Shown here one piece after another: positions 1 to 11,600 of a stretch of 64,000 nucleotides of DNA. The position numbers were made by a program, and so were the translations under genes. The notes below the pieces were generated by a model, which worked only from the letters and a program-made list of their open reading frames with translations, had not been told where the DNA came from and searched no databases. The stretch is from the NCBI GenBank assembly GCA_001662655.1, contig KV460250.1; one strand, given 5' to 3'. Within the stretch, counting starts at the first letter, position 1. Each line of letters begins with the position of its first letter. This stretch comes from Pseudogymnoascus verrucosus (taxonomy: Eukaryota).

Positions 1-703
1 GTCCTTCGTCTAGCTCACCATAACGGCATACTACACCTCCTCCTGCAGCAGCCGTGAGAGCTGCAATCACTGGAAGGTTTGCCACTGGGGATAGTCCTCG
101 AACCCCAGGAGCTTCATTTTTCATGAAGAAGTAGTTGATCCCAATGCAAGCAACAACAGCCATAGCTGCGTTGATCCACCAGAGCACAAGGCTCGCCATA
201 CCCCAGCCCGGCCCCCAGGCGTCAACCAAACTGAGATCTATCATCTGGATGATGCTGGTAAAGGTGATAGAAATACTGGCAAGACATGCTGTCTCCCCTA
301 TTTCGGTCCTGAGGGTCTCGGCGACGACTTTTGGAAATATGACGATCTTGAGGGCGAATATGGCGAGTAGTAACGTTAGGAAAATTATGGTAAGGAGCCA
401 GAATATGTAGGAAATTATATTCAGCCCAGTAAATTGGTATTTCAGCTGATGTAAAATGACAGCAATTATACCGGTCCCTTGTGCCACGAGAAACCACTAT
501 ATTTGTTTTTTGTTAGTAAATGCCTACAAATATTCCTCACAAAGCCCCTTAAGCCCCTTTTGACATATTAAAATAACTTAGAAAGAGAGCCTCTTATCTC
601 TGCCGTAGAAAATAGATTAATGGAGCCCTACTTGTGTTTTGAAATTCCGAAGTGCGACTGTGACAGGCGTTTCCTGCTTGGTCATGGTCGGAAGCGTTGC
701 CAT
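1..703 (-). CDS. TDT/SLAC1-family transporter (C4-dicarboxylate/malate transporter or Ssu1-like sulfite efflux pump); 5' part only, runs off the window
   Basis: Missed by the ORF track. Manual translation: exon 703-632 MATLPTMTKQETPVTVALRNFKTQ, GT-AG intron 631-497 with ACTAAC branch, then an open hydrophobic frame WFLVAQGTGIIAVILHQLKYQFTGL...LPVIAALTAAAGGG to position 1. The NF..QWF..QGTG start is typical of fungal TDT proteins. Confidence 0.8.
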
Positions 704-1466
704 GGTCCGCGGAAATACCATATCCCAACTCAACCCTCACTTTTTGCCAGGCGCGGCAAAACCCTCAACGTTATGACTTATGGATAGTGTCTAGGGACAT
801 CTGATATCAAACTGATGGCGATAAGGTGATCCTATTCTGAAGTTTAATAAAATATAAATGCCATAGAAGACATGTTGCAATGTTGATCAGACCTAGTTTT
901 TGTTGACAAAGAGCAATCACGGCATGACGTATCCCTGTAGCACCAAAGCCGACCTAGTTATTTTAACCACAGGGACTTTTTATGTACAAGTGTCCGTCTC
1001 GGACATTCCGAGGAGTATATACATAACGCAAGGGGGCGGAAAAATTCATTCTACGGAGAAAAATAATAGTTATACAGCTAAATATGAAAGAATCCAAGGA
1101 CTGCGAGCATTGGAAACACTCGCTGAAATTTTACAGAAAAGAATATTTCATACACAAGAGCTCTTTCAAGTTTTGAAAACCATCGTATTTTTCATATATG
1201 CTAGCCATATCACATCTAGACTTAAGCTGCAGATCAAATACTCCATGATTGCAGTGATCAACGCCAAGGTAATGCAATCGTATTCATTTACGCTCCGCTC
1301 AAAGCCCCGAATTGCACCCGTCTTCAACCCAAAACCGGTGTCTCCCAACACAACCGCCCTGCATCTGCATTCATAATTGTCCATAAAACTCCATGAGAAG
1401 TAAGGGGTATCAAGCTAAGGCTCGGTCAGCATATATACACACAGTTTGCTCGTCCGCACACACATA

Positions 1467-3550
1467 TCACTTCAGGCTAACGCCACCAATGCGTTTCGCT
1501 AGCCTCTCCTCGCTATCGTTTTCAAACGGCGAGGGACGCTTTTGGGGACGCTCACCAGTAGATTGAAGAATAGCCAGCAGTGTAGCCCATCCATCCGTAC
1601 TAAGCAGCTGATACCCATCAGCAAGGTCGTGTTGGGTTGCAACACGGCATAACAGCGCCTCCTCGTCCTGAACGATGTTAGTAATGTTCTCAGCAAAAAA
1701 TCCAATGCATCTGAAGCCCTTACTTTGTTTAAAATGGCCATATTACGCAAGAAACATAGGAGGTGGAAGTCCGAGACGGCCTCGATGCCCGTGTCGGATC
1801 TCTTAAGCTGTCCGTCTGGTCGGAGGCCAATAGCTTGGCTAACCGACTTGTATTCCTGTGACTGCCCAATCGCCTCTCGGTTTTCAACAGGGAAGGCAGA
1901 GGGTGGTGCGGTGAATGCCGGCTTGGGTTCTTGCGGGAAGCCATGGGTCAACGTAACAAGGAGATATTCCACCGGGAAAGACGGCTTGGCATTCTCTTGG
2001 ACTGCGGCTCCGTACTCATTAATTTTGCGGAAGAAGACTTCAGGGATGTAGCGTGTACGGCTGACGGAGGAATCGTCTTCCTCCTCGGCCCGGACGATCA
2101 TAACCCCGGGATCGGCTGAAGGCTCAACAATATCAGCTCGTATCATCTCGACTGCCGAGTTCGATGCTTGATATGCTGAAATTGAGATTTGGCCCTGCTC
2201 GTCACCAGTCACAACACATGTAACGAAGTTCGATCCAAATCGCCCAGTGTCGCTCCATTTCGTCGGTTTGGGGTGCTGCGCTTGTAACCGTGATATGAAT
2301 GCAATTTCGAGGGAAGAGAGGAAATAAGAGTCGATATGCCTCTTGCATACGACAGAACCATCGCCTCCTCCGGCATCCAGCAAGTCAGTCCAAATGACAC
2401 CAACCCTCTGTAAGCCACAGAGACGTGCAACATCGTCTACGTCCTTCTCATTGGTCCACTCATTCAGCGTAATACCGTCAATCTCGTCATGCTGCGGTGG
2501 TTCGTAGATCGCCTCTACGACTGCTTTGATTCCCAACGGCACCTTTGTGTACTCCTCGTATCGGCCGTACATATACCCTAACCGCTGACCACCGGACTTG
2601 CGCCAATAGTCTAATAGCTTTTCAATCAGCGTTGCCGATGCAAACTCGACGTGGTCTACCATGCGAAACGACTGGGGTTGTAAGGTAATGGCGCTCGGTT
2701 GACATTTGGTGCAGATACCTTCTGGCCATTGGGGGTGTCCCGACGGACAGTTTGGCTTGACTCGATAGTACGGCTCGGTAAGAGGTGGCATAAATGAGGC
2801 GCCCAGCTCTGGTTTATTCGTCGCAGAGTTGATTTTTCGGAGATATGAATGGAAGGAAAGGTTTTTGATCTTCTTTTCCGCCAGGTAATCGGCGTTGAAT
2901 GGGTCCAAAGGCATGCAATAGTCGCACATTCCTTTCGGGCCATGCCTGCACATTTTCTGGTCTCTTTTCCGCTCAATCTTTCCATCTTGCTTGTCGAGTC
3001 TGTCGTCAAGTGCAGATTGCTTAACTACCTCCCATGGGTTCTTGATCTTCTGTGATGGCGATGTGACTGGAAGTGGAGATATTGGTATATCTTCTGTTGG
3101 TAGAATTGGGTTGCCATTTAGTCGATTTGTAGATGACATGGGATGTGAAGGTATGGAAATCGTAGCACTCCCGTTTGCAGCGCCATTCGTGGCATCATCT
3201 TTCGACTTGTATGATATGAAAATAAGGTCGCCATGCCTGGTGGGCGGATGATCAGCGGGTAGTTCTTGTTTGTGGCAGTAAAGACTTACTTTAAGCCTAT
3301 CTGTGATACTTTGAATTTCCCTATGTCCTTGATGGACTTCTTGTCGCCCCCCGCGGGTTGGTTCGAGAGTGTCAACGTGGAGATGTCGGTATTTGGTGGC
3401 AAGACTTCAGATAGCTGGCTGAAGTTAGTAATGAAAGTCAAGATAGAATCAAGCTGAAATTCACACCTTTGAACCTAGCTGGCCAAATGTTGTACTTGGC
3501 TCAACTTCCAGTCGTACTGTGCCATCCGGGCCACGAAATCGGAGCAGCAT
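1467..3550 (-). CDS. NPL4: Nuclear protein localization protein 4 (Cdc48-Ufd1-Npl4 cofactor), multi-exon
   Basis: Starts [10 protein letters not shown] (ubiquitin-like domain); zinc fingers [12 protein letters not shown] and [25 protein letters not shown] and [11 protein letters not shown] in the MPN-like core; last exon ends [16 protein letters not shown] at 1469-1467. Confidence 0.95.
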
Positions 3551-3723
3551 GTTGTTGGACGACTACAGCTTTCAGTCTCGTCCTGGTGTGTCTTCAAAGA
3601 GTAAAGCTGAAGTAAAGAATGACCAAAGGCTGTAGAATAAAACTGGACAAATTCAAATGCTATGAAAAACTGGGTTGTCTGATAGCATGAATAATTGGCC
3701 TTTGAATCAGGTAGAAGGTGCTG

Positions 3724-3813
3724 GGAGCTAGAGCTCCGTAATCACTTGCATCACTGAATTTCCCCACCATGGTCCGGCCGGATTAACTTTAACTTTAGGC
3801 TCCGTGGTGGCAG
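3724..3813. promoter_or_regulatory. Possible Rpn4-type proteasome-control elements in the NPL4/SEC66 divergent promoter
   Basis: Inverted pair GGAGCT-AG-AGCTCC at 3724-3737 and PACE-like GGTGGCAG at 3806-3813, upstream of a ubiquitin-proteasome gene. Short motifs, could be chance. Confidence 0.3.
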
Positions 3814-3998
3814 TGACCGGAGTCACGTCAACTAGGCCATTTTGGGATTTCGAGAATAAGTGTCCTGAACTCGCCTTCAATTTGTCAAAAGCGCGCCCAC
3901 TTTGGAAACATCCATACGACAAGTGTTCAGAACAGCTCATATCGGATTCGCGTTACCTTTATGCTGCTTATTATTCAATTATCTGAGCAACCTTCACG

Positions 3999-4823
3999 AT
4001 GATTTCACTATCGCAAATATTCGACATTGACTGGGTCGGACTCTCTGTCCCTTTCGCATATATCGTTGTCCTCGCTGGCTCTCTCATGACCTTCTCCTCC
4101 ATATACAGAAAGCGCAAAGCTGGTAAGACTATTTGCCTATCTGTTTATATCGTGTGGGCATAGCTAAACATTCTGCAGTACAATCCGCGACGCTCGCACC
4201 ATGGTTTCCTTCCCACCTCCAGCGAAATATATATCTGTCCTTGTTACACATGGAACCCGAGGACGGTAACGACAAAGCTCCAAAAGTACCGGAGAGCGTA
4301 CTCCGCGCAGCGCTTTTACGCAGAGCTGTGGAAGACATCCGTAGGATTATCCAAGTGCGGACTGCGAAGCAGGCCTGTAGCACCCTTTTACAACGTGGAA
4401 GTGTCGGAGACGACCTGTGGCAGCGCTTCTTGAGGGCTGAGAAGGAGATGGAGGATGAGCTTAGAGATGTGGTTATGGAGGTAAGGCTGCGTCGCCCGCT
4501 GTGTCAATATATTGTACTAATGTCAACACCAGGCAAATGCGCTCGCGCCAAACTGGGGATTAACGATCTTTCAATCTGCGAACGAAATTCTGGCGAACAC
4601 CGTTTTCCGTGAGAAGCTCGACGATATACAGGCGCAAACCACGGCCGAGAAGGAGTGGTGGGAGAAGCGACGCGCCTCTATCGAAGCGGGTTTCATGAAA
4701 GAACTCGATGCGGCACCTTCTACAGATCCGAAGACAACCACTTCCGGAATCAAAACCACCAGCGACGAGGACTCCGTTGTTGTTGAGACAGCAGCGTCAA
4801 AGAAGAAGAAGGCCAACAAATGA
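3999..4823 (+). CDS. SEC66: Sec62/63 translocation complex subunit Sec66 (Sec71), 3 exons
   Basis: N-terminal TM segment IDWVGLSVPFAYIVVLAGSLMTFSSIYRKRK; LAPWFPSHLQRNIYLSL; LLRRAVEDIRR; LLQRGSVGDDLWQRF; two canonical introns. Confidence 0.9.
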
Positions 4824-5440
4824 AGATCGGGCTGAGCAGTAAATAGCACTGTATGTGTATGTTATGGGCATTGTAAGGCGTTTTCGGGGGTGGATCGGCC
4901 ATATCTTGGTGGTTGGGAGTACCAGGCAATACCTGGCTTGATGAATTTCTAGAAGCATTTTCTTTAACTTCAAAAGACAATATCTAATTTTGGCATATGA
5001 CAAAGGAGTTGTCTGACTCGATTTGGAGCACGAGACAAGACTTCTGGATCCTTCGGACAAAGAGTCACTGACTGCAATGTGCCTCATGTATAATACAAGT
5101 AGGTTTCCAACTGCCCTTCGAGTGCCATCTGGAATTCATGGTTGTTCTCTTTAGCACCTTATTTCTTACTATTTCATTTGTCTTCTCGTCCCATCTAATA
5201 TTGCTGCTGGCAGCTCAAAACTCTCACTTGAACCCATTTTCATAATTATTCACAGAAAAAAACATTCACAACCTCATCTCCGTGGTAGATTTACAGTGAA
5301 TCACTCTGGTCACCGTCAAAGAATCACAGAAGCGCCTGTCCAGTCATTAATATCACGCCAGATCCCAACGGCTCTTCCACTCTTTCAACCCAAAGTCCAG
5401 TCTACCTCACGAGTCTGCATCAAAGTCAAAGAAACCCAAG

Positions 5441-5845
5441 ATGCTTTCGCGCATTTCAAACAACCCAGCCCTCTCCTCCAAGATCGCAGAGATGCGCCTC
5501 CGCCTGTCGCCGCTCGTGCGCATCACCACCGGCACCGTTCACCCCGCCTTCCCTCCGACAGTCCTTCACTACTGGCTTCTTGTGGAGTCAGATCTCGACG
5601 ACCTGGCACACTTCTACCACCAACGCACACCTTCTGTCTGGACAACTCAGTATCCACAGACCATGGGGTGGAGGGGCAATTTGACGTTCGAGGAGAAGCG
5701 GAGGAAGTGGGGAAAGTTCATTGGTTTGCGAGGATGTGCGGCGCCGCAGGATGCCAAGACGGCCGACGAGATGTGGGAGGAGGCAAGGAGGGACAAGTTA
5801 GCGGCGGAGGATGAGATGATGAGGAGCAAGAGGCACTGGTACTGA
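5441..5845 (+). CDS. Small conserved-looking fungal hypothetical protein (134 aa)
   Basis: Intronless ORF with coding-like codon usage and motifs LRLSPLV, GTVHPAFP.T.L.YWLL, LD.LAHFYHQ, FIGLRGC. Confidence 0.75.
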   Translation: MLSRISNNPALSSKIAEMRLRLSPLVRITTGTVHPAFPPTVLHYWLLVESDLDDLAHFYHQRTPSVWTTQYPQTMGWRGNLTFEEKRRKWGKFIGLRGCAAPQDAKTADEMWEEARRDKLAAEDEMMRSKRHWY

Positions 5846-6134
5846 GGGCATCGCTGGGTCGTGTCCGTGGTTGCAAATCAGTTGTGTGTCTGCCACGTGT
5901 CAGGTTGGATTATGAGGAAGCCTTCACTGTCTTTGGCGATCAATTTATAGAAATAACAACTCAAATTCAATCAAAAATTATTTATCAACTTGAAATGTAG
6001 AAAATCAAATGCCCCTTGAGCCGCCAGTGTTATAACTAAGGGATGAAATCGCGATTAGTCACGTGGCAGGGTAAAGTTGCCCACGAAACCCCGCGTCATC
6101 TTGCCGTTGCAGATATATAATTTGAGGGCCGACT

Positions 6135-6141
6135 TGACTCA
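6135..6141 (+). promoter_or_regulatory. Gcn4/CpcA (cross-pathway control) site upstream of FRS2
   Basis: Perfect TGACTCA about 70 bp before the ATG of an aminoacyl-tRNA synthetase, a known target class. Confidence 0.55.
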
Positions 6142-6207
6142 CCTTCAAAAAGCCAACAGCGCTCAAAACTCCCCACCCTGCTCCCCAGAACAGCCAGGCC
6201 GGACAAT

Positions 6208-7804
6208 ATGGCGGGCGTTCAAGATAATGCAGAGGGAGACCTCACCTCTCTGGTGCTTCAGGCGCTCGATAAGCAGGACAACATCCTCTCCAGCGAGGCA
6301 TTCCCGTCGCAAAAGTCGACTGATGTTAAGAGCGCATTAGACAGGCTAGCTTCGAGGTCTATGGTCACCTACCAGACGATCGATAAGGAAGAGGCGGTTT
6401 TGGAGCCAGAGGGAGAAGATATTGTCGCCAATGGCAGCCATGAGGCCCGTGTTTTCGAGGCTCTTAAGCAAGCACTGGAGGGTCTGACTATCAAGGAGTT
6501 GGAGGAGGCGGTGGGAGACAAGAATACAGTCAAGATCGGACAGATGAGAGCTTTCAAGTCGAAATGGATTGCAAAAGGAAAGGAGGGGCGTTTTGTCGCA
6601 TCTGTAAGTATACCCTTTTCATGGCGGGGTAATCGCCCGCTTACACATTTTATAGACAGACTCGGTTCAAGACGAGACCAAGCAGCAATTACAAGGCGTT
6701 CAATTGACACGTACACACGGTGACCCAAAAATCCTGGCGGACCTGAAGAAGCGCAAGCTGGTCAAGATTCATAAGGTTACCAGCTTCAAGATTAGCAAAG
6801 GCCCCAAGTTCGCGCTGGAAATAGTCAAGGAGGAGACCGATTTGACCGGAGACATGCTCGCATCGGGCGCATGGAAGACGGCTGCTTTCAAGCCATACAA
6901 CTTCAAGGCCTTGGGCGCAGATCAACACGCCGGTGCTCTACACCCCCTTAACAAGGTGCGCACCGAGTTCAGGCAGATCTTCTTCGAGATGGGCTTCGAG
7001 GAGATGCCAACGGACAAGTTCGTGGAGACCGGTTTCTGGAACTTCGATGCGCTTTTCGTGCCACAGCAACATCCAGCTCGCGATCTCCAGGATACCTTCT
7101 ACATCTCGGACCCGAAGCTGGCTGACAAGCCCCGCGCGGAGTCGGAGGACGACAAGGCCGATTACGAGAAATACTGGAATAACGTGCAAGAAGTTCACCA
7201 GGATGGAAAGTACGGCTCGATAGGTTACAGATACCCGTGGTCTGCGGACGAGACTCTGAAGCTGGTCCTCCGCACGCATACGACATCTATTTCGACACAC
7301 ATGCTCTACAAGCTTGCGCAAACGAAGGGACCAGATGGAAGACCCCCGCCAGCACGTTACTTCTCTATCGATCGTGTTTTCCGTAACGAGACCGTCGATG
7401 CGACGCATTTAGCTGAATTCCACCAGGTCGAGGGTGTTATTGCCGATTACGACCTTACCCTTGGAGGCTTAATGGAGTTCATGACCATCTTCTTCAACAA
7501 GATGGGCATCACTGACCTTCGATTCAAGCCGGCATACAACCCATACACCGAGCCGAGTTTGGAGATCTTCAGTTTCCACAAGGGACTGAACAAGCTCGTG
7601 GAGATTGGCAACAGTGGTATGTTCAGGCCGGAGATGTTGGAGTCTATGGGTCTCCCGAAGGACATGAGGGTTTACGGATGGGGTCTGAGTTTGGAGAGGC
7701 CAACTATGATTCGTACAAAGTGTTCGAATATCCGTGAGTTGTTGGGACACAAGGTGGATCTCGGCTTCATTCAGAGGAGTGAGGCTGTGAGGTTGTCAAA
7801 GTAA
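6208..7804 (+). CDS. FRS2: Cytoplasmic phenylalanyl-tRNA synthetase alpha subunit; intron 6604-6655
   Basis: [87 protein letters not shown]. Confidence 0.97.
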
Positions 7805-8367
7805 TCGAGAAAACGAGTTGATGTGTTTAACGAATCTTTGGCTGTTGGAGGGGGTTGAAATGAATACCATCACGATCATGATGAACTCAGTGGCGAATGT
7901 GAAACATGAGACATTGTTGTGAAATAAATAAATCAATGGCCGTCTATCAATGTGAATGGAGCCGAAGCATCTATATGTCATGTTTTATGGATCGTGGATC
8001 TCGATAAGGTTAAGATGAGGCAGAACCTGGGAAACTCTTGAAGGAGCATTACAGGTACAGCTCCACTTGAGCCTAAATCTTCATACCCCAAGACCTTGGG
8101 TCATTGGGTAACCCGCACTATTATGAGCCAATGAAAGACGAGGGAAAATTGGTAGGCGCTTCAATTTTTTAAGCCAGGTGCAGGAACTAAAAAAGTAGTT
8201 GAGTGAAATAGAGAGTGGTATAATGTTTTCGCTGGGATGCCGATTGCGGAGATCGGAATCTTGTGAATTTTGATAATTATTTCTCTAGTAGACCCGAGTC
8301 AAAACCCACAATCCAAACCCTTCCCCTTCCGTTCCTTCTTACCGCTGCTTTGAAAAAAACGTCCAAT

Positions 8368-8374
8368 TGACTCA
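8368..8374 (+). promoter_or_regulatory. Gcn4/CpcA site in the CPA2 promoter
   Basis: Perfect TGACTCA about 300 bp upstream of an arginine biosynthesis gene; near-matches GAGTCA (~8296) and TGAGTCC (~8490). Confidence 0.6.
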
Positions 8375-8674
8375 CAGGGTCCCCCGAGATAAGGGTGCTA
8401 TCACACACTACCGGACAGGGACTAGCCTCCAAAACAGTTACTGTGTAGCATACAAAAAACCGGAAGCTAGTGCGATAGCGAGTTACCTGTGAGTCCTACC
8501 GAAATATTTTGGCGAATCGTCCAAGTGTCACAAATCCTCAACCGCGAACAAACTCCTCAACAACGGTCACTCCAGTGTCTGATTTTCTGGGCAACAGGAG
8601 CGAAGACTCGCCCAGCGACAGAAACATCCAGATCCCGTTTCTCAATTAACTTTTGAGAAACAGCGCCCGGCGCA

Positions 8675-11600
8675 ATGGCTCTGTCCGGCCGACTCACCGG
8701 TCGAACATCCGCGCTCCTCCGCCAATGTCGAGCCTCAGCGTCTTCCCCGCGCGCCTTCAGCACCCGGACTTCGACTAGGAGTCTGTTGGTGAAGGCTCAG
8801 AGGCCCGTAGAGAAGAGCGCACAGTACCAGATCCGTCTGTTCTCGAGCTCAATTCAAAGGGCTTCACAACCAGAGCCGGCGGCGACTTCGAACCAGTTTA
8901 TGAAGGATGGCGCCTTGAAGAAGGCCGCGAACCCGATTGACCTGAAGAAGGTCTTGGTTATTGGATCGGGTGGTTTGAGCATTGGACAGGCTGGAGAGTT
9001 CGATTACTCAGGTACGTCGCGTTGAGGCGCTGCTTTTCTAATGGCGGTGACTCAGATTTGAGAAGTCGGGGTATTATGCGAATGATACTTCGACTCTCAA
9101 CAAGATGGGTACTGGAGATAACAACAAGAACAAAGCTGACCTATCTCTCCTTCTCAGGTTCGCAAGCACTGAAGGCTTTGAAAGAAGCTGGTGTCGCCTC
9201 CGTTCTCATCAACCCGAATATCGCCACGATTCAGACTGCCCACGTGCTCACCGACGAGGTCTACTATCTGCCTGTTACACCCGAATATGTCGAATATGTT
9301 ATCCAGCGCGAGAAGCCAGATGGAATCTTCCTCACTTTCGGTGGCCAGACCGCCCTAAACTTGGGTGTCCAGATGGAGCGCATGGGTCTTTTCAAGAAGT
9401 ACGGAGTCAAGGTCTTGGGTACGCCAATTAAGACCCTCGAGACCAGTGAGGACAGAGATCTCTTCACCCAGGCTCTCGGAGAGATCAACATCCCCGTCGC
9501 TCAGTCTGTTGCTGTTGGAACGATCGAGGAGGCATTGGATGCCGCCAAGGTTATTGGATACCCCATCATTGTCCGCGCTGCCTACGCTTTGGGCGGTCTT
9601 GGATCTGGATTCGCCCATAACGAGGAGGAGCTCCGCAACATGGCCGCTACGTCACTGACTCTGTCCCCTCAAATCTTGGTCGAGAAGTCCCTCAAGGGCT
9701 GGAAGGAGGTCGAGTACGAGGTTGTCCGCGACGCCGCCAACAACTGCATCACTGTCTGCAACATGGAGAACTTCGATCCTCTTGGCATCCACACTGGTGA
9801 CTCCATTGTCGTTGCGCCTTCCCAGACCCTGAGCGATGAGGAGTACCACATGCTCCGTTCCGCCGCTATCAAGATTGTCCGCCATCTCGGTGTCGTTGGT
9901 GAGTGTAACGTCCAGTACGCTCTCCAGCCAGACGGACTCGACTACAGAGTTATCGAGGTTAACGCCCGTCTCTCTCGTTCGTCTGCCCTTGCTTCCAAGG
10001 CTACCGGTTACCCTCTCGCATACACCGCTGCCAAGATTGGTCTCGGCCACACTCTCCCTGAGCTCCCCAACGCGGTCACCAAGACCACCAGCGCCAACTT
10101 CGAGCCTTCCCTGGATTACGTCGTCACCAAGATCCCCCGTTGGGATCTGGCCAAGTTCCAGCACGTGAAGCGTGATATTGGCTCTGCCATGAAGTCCGTC
10201 GGTGAGGTCATGGCCATTGGCCGAACCTTCGAGGAGTCCATCCAGAAGGCCATCCGCCAGGTTGACCCCCGCTTCGTCGGTTTCCAGGGTGACAAGTTTG
10301 ACGATCTCGACTACGAGCTCCAGAACCCAACCGACCGCCGTTGGTTGGCCGTCGGCCAGGCTATGCTCCACGAGGGCTACACTGTCGAGCGTCTTCACGA
10401 CCTGACCAAGATTGACAAGTGGTTCTTGTACAAGCTCCAGAACATTGTCGACTGCACCCACGAGATGGAGGACATTGGAAGCCTCTTTGGCCTCAAGAAG
10501 GATCTCCTCATGAAGGCCAAGAAGATGGGTTTTTCCGATAGGCAGATCGCCAACGCCGTTGGCAGCACCGAGGACGAGGTTCGCGCTCGCCGCAAGAACT
10601 TCGGTATCAAGCCATTCGTGAAGAAGATTGATACCCTTGCCGCCGAGTTCCCTGCTGATACCAACTACCTCTACACCACTTACAACGCCACTACCCACGA
10701 TGTCACCTTTGATGACTACGGAACTCTCATTCTTGGAAGTGGAGTCTACAGAATTGGTTCTTCCGTCGAGTTCGATTGGTGCGCCGTCAGCGCTACTCTC
10801 GCACTCAAGGAGATGGGCAAGAAGACTGTCATGATTAACGTAAGTTAGAGACTTTTGTTTTGTTTTATCCCCAGGTCAATGCCCCAGCTTCTGGGTGCAT
10901 GGAACAGTCTCTATCGAGGTGTGAGCTCAATTGGGTGCTCCATCTTGAACTCGAAGGTGATAGCACTTGTGCCTTCCAGAAGTCTGGATAGGGTCCGTGC
11001 GTTGCCAATGGCGGGTATAATAACTGTGCACGTGATCAAGGCGGCCAATCACTCAGGGGCTACCCCCAACGAGCCAGTTACCCAGAAATAGAACCAAAGA
11101 GGGAGGCTCCCTTGTATTTAATAGCTAGATGAGAGTCTCAGCTATGCAAGGCCGCTCTTGGGACTTCTGGGTGGCACTAGCGCCTTTTAGCGTCATTTTT
11201 TGGATTTTTGGATTTTGGCCTCGATTTTTCAACCTACCCCCTCCCCAACATCATTATATTGTTATTATCATTGCTAATTTAACAAAAAAGTACAATCCCG
11301 AGACTTATTCCACCGATTTCGATACCGCCGACAAGCTCTATTTCGAAGAGTTGAGCTATGAGCGTGTCATGGACATTTACGAGCTCGAGGGCGCTACCGG
11401 CGTCGTTGTGTCCGTGGGTGGCCAGCTACCCCAGAACATCGCTCTCCGCCTGCAAGAGTCCGGCAAGGCTAACATCCTTGGAACTGATCCCAAGGATATT
11501 GACAAGGCTGAGGATCGTCAAAAGTTCTCTGAGATTCTTGACAGCATTGGTGTTGACCAGCCCGCGTGGAAGGAACTTACCTCGGTTGCCGATGCCGAGG

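Noticed and set aside
900..1376. 158-aa ORF and other short ORFs in intergenic or UTR regions (e.g. 13376-13627, 25695-25922, 50860-51279)
   Set aside because: Mostly non-ATG starts, no motifs, and some overlap UTRs or the 5S gene.
8300..8674. Arginine attenuator peptide uORF upstream of CPA2
   Set aside because: No such ORF seen; the AAP belongs to the small-subunit gene (CPA1/arg-2).
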